Below are positions 53,005 to 64,000 of a DNA stretch of 64,000 bases, one piece after another. Location of the stretch: NCBI GenBank assembly GCA_964304625.1, contig OZ199838.1, positions 14,324,261 to 14,388,260 of the forward strand, written 5' to 3'. Both the position numbers and the translations under genes were made by a program. This stretch comes from Kudoa neothunni (taxonomy: Eukaryota > Animalia > Cnidaria). Numbering within the stretch: the first letter of the stretch is position 1; every line of letters begins with the position of its first letter. The notes beneath the pieces are model-generated. The model ran no database searches, had not been told where the DNA came from, and saw nothing but the letters and a program-made list of their open reading frames with translations.

Positions 53005-54887
53005 ATGGGAATTAAAGGTTTACTACCATTCATCAAGGACATCCAGCAGAATTCCGACATAAAAAAATTCAAAGGTGAAGTAGTTGGCGTAGATACCTAC
53101 TGTTGGCTGCATCGTGGCAGTTATTCATGTGCTAAAGATCTAGTGTTGGGAAACCCCACCGATAGGTAGATGGATTTTAATTTTCAGGTTAATATAACGC
53201 ATTTGAATAGACATGTACAATTTGTGATGAACCGAGTAAAGCTCCTTCTCTCCTACAGCATTACACCTATTATGGTTTTTGACGGAGGTAGATTGCCTGC
53301 CAAAAAGGAAACCAACAGTAAACGTAGTGAGTAATTGCCTCAGTCAAGGGGCGATGTCCCGCACACACCAACAAAAGCTTATCTATTGAATTTATTGTGT
53401 AGAATGAGGAAAGAGAATAAACGAATTGCGATGGAGTTGTTAGCTAAAGGAGAAAAAACTAAGGCGTTTGAATATTTTCAACGTTGTGTTTCTATCACTC
53501 CTGAAATGGCATCTGAAGTTATTCAAGTGAGCTGATTTCTTTATGGTGGTAAATCATTGTGAATTCTATGATGATTTAGGAATGCAAAAAAATCGGTGTT
53601 TCATGTTTGGTTGCTCCCTACGAGGCCGACGCACAACTAGCTCATCTCTATCGGCAAAAAGTAATTTCGCTTGCCATTAGCGAAGATACAGACTTGTTGG
53701 TGTTTGGATGTGACCGAGTTCTCTACAAAATGGACTCCAGTGGCAAGGGTGTTCTTGTGGATATGAATCGATTATCGAAGTTGAAACTTTTCCACAAAGT
53801 TACCCCCTCAGTTGAGCGTGAACTATTCAGACATTTGTGTATTTTAAGTGGGTGTGATTATTTGCCCAATCTACGTGGTATTGGAATGAAAACTGCTCAT
53901 TCTCTATTAAAAGCTAATAACAATGTGTTTGAAGTAATTTTCATGCTTCAAACCATCGATCTCCCTTGTAACACTTACGCTAGCTTATCAAAGATATTCG
54001 CGCCAAAAAGGGTACTGAAATAGTTTATAAGTCTTACGAGGAAGATTTTAAATTTGCCGAATCAATGTTTCTTAAACAATTGGTATACGATTTGAATAAA
54101 TGTATCCTGATGGAGATTGCTACTGGAATTCAACATGAAAGTTTTAATTCTGATGAGAAGTATCTTAGTGTTTGGGTCGTTATAGTTTTAGCTGATGTAT
54201 TTAGCGTTTACGATCGCACACAGATTCTACAAATTGTGATTGGTAATTTAAATCCGGTGACAAGTAAAGTTATTGCTCGAAATAAACTTAATGACTTCCC
54301 GGTATTTATTTTCATTGACACTTTTTTGTTATTTATGTGATATAGTTCCTGTGGAAACTAGCGGATAAAGAATGCCACAAACTATTTGAAATTCGACCAA
54401 GCAACGACAACAACCCCACGGTCTTGTCTCCTTCGTCTACTGATAGCGTTCTCAAACGATCACGTATTCACTCCAACCAAAAGCAATACACAAGGTTTTA
54501 CTTTTGTCGGCTTGGTGTGTTTTAAATTGATTTAGTAAATATTTTAGCTCATCTCAAAACGATATCGTTGAGCCCACAAAATTGAATAAGAAACAGTCTA
54601 AATTTACTGAGATTACATTGAGTGATTCCGTTTCAGTGAGCTGTTCCCAAGGTTCTACCACTCTGGCTCCTGACACCGAAAACGATATTTTTACCCCACC
54701 TCCAAGGAGTTTAAGATACTCTGGAAATTTCAGCTGGAGCTCTAGTAGACAATCGAGTCAAAAGTCACAAGAAGTGATTGTTATCGATGACGAAAATGAT
54801 AATTGCGAAGTAATTTTTCTCAATATTTGTATTTGAATTATTTATCTTCCTTAGAATGTACCCAAATCGAAGCAAGCTCTTAGTTAA
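53005..54887 (+). CDS. EXO1: Exonuclease 1 (XPG/Rad2 family)
   Basis: MGIKGLLPFIK, VDTYCWLHRG, MVFDGGRLPAK, VAPYEADAQLA, SEDTDL, CILSGCDYL..GIG, and an SKYF MIP-box-like motif after splicing. Confidence 0.95.
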
Positions 54888-55335
54888 ACAACATATAAAT
54901 ACATTATTTTTAGTTTTTTTGTCATTTGAATTTAATTTTTATTATTAAAATTAGGTTGTTTATGAAAAAGTCAATAATTTTTTTGTTATAATAGTCAGTG
55001 AATATTTTTCGTAATATCTTAGTCAGCTCTTAATTTCTAATATAAATATCACCCACGTTTATACTAATTCTGAATTAGATGATTGTATTTGGTTTTCTCT
55101 TGGATATTGGAACAATATTTATCCATTAGTTTCGTTATCACTGTATAAATAGCCTAAATGTAAATTGATATTCTAGTATATTTATTTAAATATTATAATT
55201 CTGGTTAAAAAATATAAATATCATGAACTCATAATTTTTGGAAAAAGATAAATCAATGTTGTACCGATGAATATCATTTTACTGAATTAATAATATAAAC
55301 TTATAGTTGATTTTTATTAAATCGAAAAAGAAAAA

Positions 55336-55345
55336 TCCCGCCAAA
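55336..55345 (-). promoter_or_regulatory. E2F-type site
   Basis: TTTGGCGGGA on the minus strand between EXO1 and the DCTN1-like gene. Target gene unclear. Confidence 0.3.
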
Positions 55346-56002
55346 AAGTTTGACAATTTCATCGTGGTTTCCCTGTCCCAAGTCCCAGCCTTAGAATATT
55401 GTGGAGTTCCGATTTAAGATTAAACATAAAAACTGAAAAATGTAATTTCATAAAAAAATTATTCAAAATTTTGATTTTTTTAAATTATTTAGATTAAAAT
55501 AATTGTATAATTAGCTAAAAAATGATTAGTTCAAGTTTTTGAAAATTTACTATAATTAAACTTTTTTATTAGAATTGCACCTAAAAATATGACATGATTA
55601 AGTACAGAAATTTAATCAAATATTTCATTAATTTTATTTAAACTAATAAAAATTTAACGAAATTTTAAATAAATATGAGAAACAAACTGCCAAACTTATG
55701 CCGGGCCAGAAAATATTTTTTTTTAATTTAAGAAAAATGGAAAATGAATACTCTACTACTGCGAACTAAATAAAAGGCATAAATGTTTCTATGAGGTACT
55801 TTTATGAAGATAATCTATTAAATCAACTTTATAAACATTCTTAAGTAATCATCCTCCATTTATCGATTTCACTATATTTATTGAACTCTATTATTAATCC
55901 AAGGTAAGTAAATAAGTTCATAAATTGTAATAAATTATCTAAAACAAATTGAAAATATGTGAAACACGTAAATAATGAATCGAATTTAAATGAAACTGAT
56001 CG

Positions 56003-59000
56003 ATGATGTCCGACAACCTGACGTTAGCAAAACTGATGAATTTTGATAGTTATCAAATAAATGATATTTGTTACGTTAAGGGCTTTTCTAACGGCATCAT
56101 TAAATACATCGGAAAAGTTGATCGAGGGGAGGATCTAATTTATTATGGAATCGAACTGTGTAAACCGTTGGGTAACACCGATGGTTCATGTAATAATTGA
56201 TTCTACGTGTCCACAGTTGTCACTCACGAATATATCAATGTCTAGATGGAAATATGAGATACTTTTTTTGTAAGCGTTACTATGGGTTATTTGTGCTGGG
56301 TGATAAGCTTGATCACCCAACTGAAAATATTTCATCAAGAATTCCTGTTTTTAATCGTCGCTATGATCCCATCTCTTCACATAGTAATACATTTGACCTT
56401 AATTGAAGATCTCACTTACTAAAATACGCACATCTATATCTAATATTCTTATAAATTATCACATTATAACTATAAAGTGATAATTCGGTCTAGATATTGG
56501 CAAATTGAGAAAACTGTTGATGGAGATAAAGAAAAATGACACTGTATTGGATAAAGCAACGGAAGATAAGACAACTAACATTGATTCATCATTTCATTCA
56601 AAGAAACATACAATATTAGGAAAGGGTAAAATTTAGATTTGGCTGCTTGATAACACAGACCTCTTATAATAATTTCAAACATTCTCTAGTCAAAGCTGAG
56701 GGGAATGGAAACACAGAACTGACTTGTTTCACTGACGAAAAACTTAATTGTGAAATTTTTGGTGATATCACCAATCACCAAGAACTTGAGAGTAAACAAT
56801 GTGTGCGGTTAATATTCATTAAATTTTTGAAATAGGAGAAAATAAGACTTTAAGAGAAGAAGTCAGTCGATTAACAACCCAAGTGGAACAGCAAAATTCT
56901 GCACTTGAATCCTGTAGAAATGAGGTTTTACGCTTGACTAGATTGGCGGATTGTATACAACAATCTCTGTCCGAAAAGGATAAATTTCTACTCAATGTAT
57001 ATAACCACTTATTTACTTCTCATCTAAAATTGCGATTTTAGATAGAACAACAGCACTTTATTCATTCTGATGATAGCTTGGTATCTTATCTCATCGTCAT
57101 ATTCATTAGAAAATACATTGATGCTGACTTAGAGTGAACAATCAAGTGAAGATACTGGAATCTTATCAAATATTCCTGTTGAAACTCACCACACGTATCT
57201 CCAAGAGACTGTGGAATTGTTGAAATTAGATAAGGAAATCACCAAACAACATGTACCAATACTTTGCACGGGCGCATTAATTGACTTGCATATTTAGTTA
57301 AGAATGCTTCAATCTGATGTTTCTGAGTTGGTAACTGAGAATAGTATATTGAAGAATAAGCTCTTACTAAGTATGTTCAGTCAACTACTAATTAAGTTTC
57401 AAGGATTTCATAGTGGATTCAAATTTTTTAACTCATCAACCCAGGGATCAAGTTCAAAACTCATTGATAATAATTCTAAAAGAAACATTGTTCAAGTATT
57501 TCTAATGTTAAATTACTACGAATCGATTATTATAACGAATATCTTTGATTGTAACAATCACTTTTTAAGGGTTACAAATAAATATTTAAAAATCTATAAT
57601 GAATACACCCAGCTGAAACTGTTGTACAATTACACGGTTGAAGAGAGTGCAGAACAGAAATCAATCAACACTCGTTTTGTTGAGCAAAATGAAGTAGATT
57701 CTTGTGAGTTGAGGTTTCTGATAATTTGTTGGGTTAGAATTTTAGTGAAAAGATTCGATCATTATCGAATCGGGTAGTTTTCTCATTTAAAACTATCGTT
57801 ATTCTAATAAAATGCTCAAGCTTAATCAATCCCAACAACAACTTATAGCTGCCGATGAGCTCAAAGAGAGGAATTCAATGCTCGAAACTACAGTGAAATC
57901 CATGATAGTTGAAATAAACGACTTGGTAGGTCGGCGGTGTTTCGTTTTTTGTATCAGTTTTTTCTTGTAGACTGAAATGTGCACTCTAAATGACGAACTG
58001 GAACAAGCCTATTTACAGAATGAAGGGTTGATGATTAATGAAATTGAAATATTGAAAAAGAGATTAGCTGAGGTTGTTTTTTGTGGGGACTACTAATATT
58101 AAATTGGCGTTTTAATCCCTCTTTGAATTTATTCAGTAAAACAACCTAAGTGAACCTTAATAATAAAATGAGATAATTTGCCAGATTTAATTTTTAATTA
58201 GTTTTGAGCATAGTCTTCACTGAAAAATCTGTTTATCAACGTAAGAAATGAATTAAACTAATTATTTTTGTTCAAATTTAAGTCTTTCAAAAGGTCTGAC
58301 AAGAGAGATAAAAAATATAGTGAAATCTCTATAGGTAAGTTAAAAATATTTTTTAGTTATATCCAAAAATATTCAATTTAGTGAGTAATGGATTTAAGAT
58401 AGCATAGGAGGAGTAATAACTAAAATATAGATTTTTTTTTGATTCTAGCTAAGTGAAAATAATCTTCTCGGTTCAGGGGCCTCTAATTAGCTAAGCTAGG
58501 CTAAGGGAATACGAATTTATAAATGTATTAACTACGTATATTTATATTTACGATATTATTCTTATTACAGAATTATTTTTTTAACATCGGTTTTTGTTAA
58601 AGCTAATAATTTATGAAAGAATAAATTTGGAAGAATAAATGCAAATGTTTTCTCATAGACCTCCTTAAATTATTGCGTATATTATGGGTGGTTCCAACTG
58701 TATTGGCTCTTTTATGGCCTCAACTTGAACCTTTTCTGGTTGCATTCGAGCAAACTTTCTCGATTAGATAATTAATAAGCCACTATGACCAAATAAATTG
58801 ATAATTTTTTAGAATAAAATATTCTATTTTTTACACTTTTGAACTATCATGAGTATTTCGAGACTATTTCTGTTACTTTTTATCTTGTGTATTTGTAAAT
58901 AATTGTCATTAAAATTTATTATTCAAAAATTCATCATTGTAATCCAATTCGCGGTTTAATTTAACAATTAAGAAGGATAAACATTGAATAGGCGATATTA

Positions 59001-62000
59001 TATTATGAAGCTAATATGAATATTTTTTAAATGCTCGTTAATTTTGTGGCTTTCTTCGTTTTTTGACTATTTGGTATAATGTTTGGTTATAACTTTAAGT
59101 AGGAATCGTAGTATTTGATTTAGATCGATTTTAGTCGTCGAATTTTTCAATAATAAATGTCGAAAATTACGATCCCTAGTTATAAGAATGGTAACCAAAG
59201 TTAACATATGCGCAAGTTGCAGCAGAGCGATATAGAATCTCCGCCTTTAAGTTATAATTCGAGGGTGTGGGCCGTGTCCGTGACTATTAATTACATTATA
59301 AATTATAATGTAATGAATATTTTGCTTGTATCGCCAATAATTCTATGAGAACGAGTCGTTTCCGGTTTTTATTGTAAGGCATTTTGAGGATTAAAATAAA
59401 CAATTTAAGTTATGTAATAGCAAGAACATCAATCTTTCCAATTTTTACATTTCATATATAAAATAAAACCATAGAGGACAAGTTTCTGTCTTCGTATATT
59501 ATTATTATTTCCTTCCTTATCAAAGTAGAATTATCAAAAAATATGCTAAAATATAACGAATTACGCAGTGTCGAGAGTTTACTTTGTGTGCAAAAATCTT
59601 ATTCAATTCCTAAAGTTAAAATCTGTTAAACTTAATAAATATTACGAGGAGGTTAAATTAAATTTTGAAAATTTTATAATTATTAAATTTAAGTATGATC
59701 ACATTGGAATTTCATATTTTGACAAATTTTTTATAATTATTTGTTGGTCCTTTCAGATATATATATATATATATATATATACTTTTTATTTCATCGTTTA
59801 TATGGAGTTTAAATATAATAAGAATTAGATGCGATAAATTAGCGAATAATAAATTAAATACGAGAATTTAGTCATTTTATTTGTTATATCTGGATTTGTA
59901 AACAACCCGTATAAAATTTTAGGTTCAATACAACCTACTTGGAGTACAGGAAGCAAACAAAAAATACGCAAAAGTAGTTAGTTATTACAAAAACGCTCTA
60001 GATTCCCATCAATACCAAAATGTATGTTAATCAGTTGGCTGCATTTGTCAATGATTTTACAGGAAGCCACTATTAAATCCATAATCGACCAAGTTGATTT
60101 GTTGCTGAGCACAAATATAACTAACGAACATTCTTCTAAAACCAATACTACAAATAAAATTGATCATTCGTTGTCGCTTTATAATATTGTTGGCTCTATG
60201 AGAAATTATGACAAAGTTATTATTTGCTTGTATAAATTTGATTTTGATTGCAAATGATTGTAGGAGATAAAATCTCAAATGCAGACATTTCTATTTGATC
60301 AACAATCCAATAAAATAAAACTACTGAAAAATTATTTGCAAGAAAACTTTACGTTGCAAATCAAACATGGAGTTGATTTTTTGTTCCTTTTGGAAAGGAT
60401 AGCTTTCAAATCTAATTTTCTGGCCGTTTCCTTATCAGAAAAGGTATTTTTATTGTATAATATAAATTTTTATATAAGTTCTACAGCTCGGTCTCGATCA
60501 TATTATCATCAATTTCCAATTTCTTCGTTTCGATGATCTTAATAAATGCTTTTTTATTCTGGAGCTGGCCAAGCACCTCAATGATCTTTCAATTATTTTC
60601 ACGCATTATTTCAAGTTTTTTTGTTTTTGACGTACTGAAAACTAATTTCCATTGATTTGTAGAAAATTGCTTATTTCAGATATGACTTTGCTAGTTAAAG
60701 CTCAATCTCAATTATCAATACTACTGCCGCATGAGGATACGATTGATAGTTTGCTGAATTTGTTTTTGAAGGATTCGGTAAGTTTTTTCTTTGGTCCAAA
60801 AATTTTAATTTTTTTATAGTTGGATCAAACAATTGGTAATGCTTCAGTCCAAAGACTCATCACACAGATTCAAGTTTTTCAGTGATCTTGTTATTTTTTA
60901 TTACATCCAGATAACTTGTAGAAACTTATCCATCTACACATCGAACATCCAGAGATAGATTCGCATGAAACTTTCATGTTGTATTTTAATGCGTTAAATT
61001 TGTTGCGGAATTTTATTCCAATTACCAAAAAAACCCTTGATATGATCATGGATAAGGTGGTTGCTGACTTTTTTATTGATTTTTGTTACTTTAAAATTTA
61101 GATTCCCAGTGAAAGTGTTCAAAGTTTGCACTCAATGAACAATGAAATTAACGATTTGTTCATGACAACTCTTTCTAAAGTTCTTTGAAATTTTTTTCTG
61201 CGGCACTGATAATATGAAATCGATTTTTAGATAAGGATGTGCATGAAAAGTGGTAACACCAACAACATCCGTCTAAACATCCCTAAAATGATATTGGATC
61301 AACTTATCAATTGTTATAACGACATCTCATCGTATTATGTGGAATATGCACACTTATTCTCCAAAATTCTATGTCTAATTGATATTGGTGGTACTTCATG
61401 TTAATTTTTGCGTAATTTAACCCACTGATTTCTTATGACCAATTTAGATACAGTAGAAGGTCTAATTTCTTCTTTCAACGACACGATTATACAGAATTAT
61501 CAAGAAATTTCCTTTTTCGATTCACTTCAGTAGTACAATAGTCACAAAATAGTTTGTATATATCCATCTTTTCAGAGATGCCACTGTCAAAGCCTGTGAA
61601 GAGTTGAACACTATAAACGAGTATCTGGCTTCCGGTGAATTGGATGCTTCTGATTCGCTATCTTCCAAAACCAGCTCAATCAACGCTTCTATTAATGAGG
61701 TTAGGAATGAATATAGACTAGTTGGAATATTTAAATATAACATTTAAGTGCCCCCTGGTAGACGATATCAATCTGTACATGAAGAAATTGAAGTTTAAGA
61801 CTCAACTCAACCTTGATGAAATGTCAGAATTGATTGAACAAAAAAACAAGGAGATTGAGCGTCTTCAGTTATCAAATAATAACCATGTAATGATATGATT
61901 ATATGTTAGTACATATGATGTGAACAACCGATTGCACTGGAAGTTAAAATTGTATTCTAGCAAACTCATATCGATAATATGAATATTCAAGTTGAGTTGC

Positions 62001-62760
62001 TGCAGAAAAAATATTTCAATCTATCGGAAAAAGTCAATTATTTTTAAAACAAACTTTTTTTAATTAATTTGTTGGTACAGCTCAAGTCTAACGAATTTAA
62101 TACGTACAACCAAGAGCGAAATTTCAAAGATGATCCACTCTTGAATATTAGTTTCTATAATCATGACAATCAAGATTTAGAAAAGTTAGTCTATTCTTCT
62201 ACGCATCAGAATTATCTTCGACTTCCCTATAGCGAAAAAGTATTTTATTAATGTGATTATTTGTGTGCAATTATAATTAGGTGAACTCTTGTACAATGTT
62301 CGCTACTGTCTTGGAACTTGGGGATGCAAATGTGAGTTTTTCATTTGCATCATTATTTATTATGCGGCGTATAATTTGATTTTTTAGGAAGACGAAAAAT
62401 CCATTATCCATTTTTTAAATGTTTGTTTGTCACATACGTTCCTTTTTTATGATCCTCCTTTGGTTGTTGCTGATTTGCTCCCGCCTACGATTGTAAATAG
62501 CGACTCCTCCTGTTATAATTTAATTTTCTATTAGAAAACCTTAAATAAAATATGCAATAATCCGTCACTATTATTCACTTTATATAGTATTTTATATTTT
62601 TCTTAGTTATGTGTAGTATGTTATACTTTTTAGATGATAACAAGAATTTCTGTGATTGGATTGATTACCTTATGCTTTCGTCAAATCTAATATATGTATT
62701 GTATTATAGATCACTTTTGAAATATATATTTTCTTTAGTTGCAGAAAAAATATCTTAAGG
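56003..62760 (+). CDS. DCTN1: dynactin subunit 1 (p150Glued)-like, many small exons; 3' end uncertain
   Basis: CAP-Gly (GIIKYIG..YGIEL..PLGNTDGS..RYFFC...GLFV), long coiled coil across GT-AG exons, and HEDTIDSLLNLFLKDSLDQT resembling the dynactin domain [20 protein letters not shown]. Confidence 0.75.
59757..59781. repeat. (TA)n microsatellite; others at ~12393-12422, ~20569-20590 and ~48390-48405
   Basis: Direct inspection. Confidence 0.9.
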
Positions 62761-64000
62761 TTTATTCTACACGTGGCTTCCCGTTTGTCAACTTACTTTG
62801 AATGACTATTATTTTATATTATGCATTTAATTTTATAATCAAACAATGCTCTATACTAATAGAAGTCTGAAATTGATTTTGTTAACATTGAGTCTTTTTT
62901 TCATTTTATTTCGTTCCACAAATTTTTTATTCGTGTATCTGTCTTAAATATAATTTGAGTTTCTGGACACTAAAGTTTTATTTTTTTGTTTAAAAAAGGT
63001 AAATTATACAAAATGCGGCATTTATGAATATTAAAAATGTAGACAGTTTACATTAAGTAATAAAATTAAAATATTTTCAGGATATTTAATGCAAGACGTT
63101 TCGATTTAAGGATCTTTTTTCATGCGCTGTCACAAGGGAAAAAGTGTACGGCTAAACGCGCTTGGCACGTAATCGGATTTTGTTCAAGAAGAAAAGCATA
63201 TCCGGTTCATATGTAATCAAAACTGAAATGAGTCCGGTAAACAATGGTCATTCGATGAATATAATTGAAAATTAATTTGCGTGACTAATCTATTATTTTC
63301 TATTTATTAGTGTATAAAACAAAAATTATAAATAATTTCTATACAAGTCAAAAAAGGATGAAATTAAGATAAAACATTAGGAAATATTCATTTTTAATGG
63401 AAAAAATACAAAAACATTAAAATGTATTAAAATAGGTTGAATTCTTAAAGTTTCGTCATATTTTTTTTAGTGAACTATAAAGTGAGAAAGAATCAAAATT
63501 TAGATTTTAGATATATTCGTCGAATTATTTTAAATTTGTATACTTTAAGTTAAAATCAACTTGTATTTGAAAATTATTTAAACTAAAACTATACATTTAA
63601 GATTGTTTCATATATTCATTTTCTACGTTGGATGTTTAAATTTACAATTAAAACAAAAGTTAAACAAATGGCTCTAGTGCATGTACTCATATTTGATATT
63701 TTGAACTAAAATATAAATATCTAACTCATTTATAAGCTATGATTTATGCATATCTTTACCTAATAATGAGATTCGACGCGACTTAATTATTTTACAAAAA
63801 AGAAAAAAAAAGTCAAAACGTTAATCAATTATCAGTTGTATCTATTTTATTTTAAAAATTAAAATATGATTTTTGTCATTATCATGTAATTTTGGTGAAA
63901 AAGCTTTCCTGTCTAAAAATAAACCCATAGTTACAGAATATGATCATGTGGGGATTACTAAGTCACAAAATATCGAATATATACGTGTCTAAAGTCACCT

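Noticed and set aside
41086-54887. DNA-repair gene cluster (BRCA1-like plus EXO1)
   Set aside because: Two genes separated by transposons and an unrelated helicase, compatible with chance.
56190-56500. Apparent non-canonical (AT-AG) introns in the DCTN1-like gene
   Set aside because: Canonical GT donors (TCAT|GTAAT and CATA|GTAAT) give the correct phase and CAP-Gly spacing.

Overview
AT-rich eukaryotic (animal-like, strongly divergent) genomic window with short, mostly 40-60 nt, GT..AG introns. A compact parasite genome such as a myxozoan is a guess that the sequence alone cannot confirm. Recognisable genes: the 5' part of a TMEM63/OSCA channel (-), ELP3 (-), a large VPS13D (-), a short RING+BRCT BRCA1/BARD1-like gene (+), a DDX51/Dbp6-like helicase (+), EXO1 (+) and a DCTN1/p150-like gene (+). 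Manual splicing also reveals an orphan 4-exon gene that the ORF track misses (signal peptide, VWC-like Cys domain, TM helix, two PPPY motifs) and a candidate 56-aa two-TM gene. Intergenic DNA is full of decayed elements: four copies of a modular tRNA-derived SINE, nested piggyBacs, a piggyBac-ended foldback with a Tc1/IS630-like element at its exact symmetry axis, a hAT derivative and a pogo element. A dispersed, pseudogenised Cys-rich secreted-protein module occurs three times, once inside the pogo element. No prokaryotic features or CRISPR arrays. Homology calls come from motif recall, not database searches.
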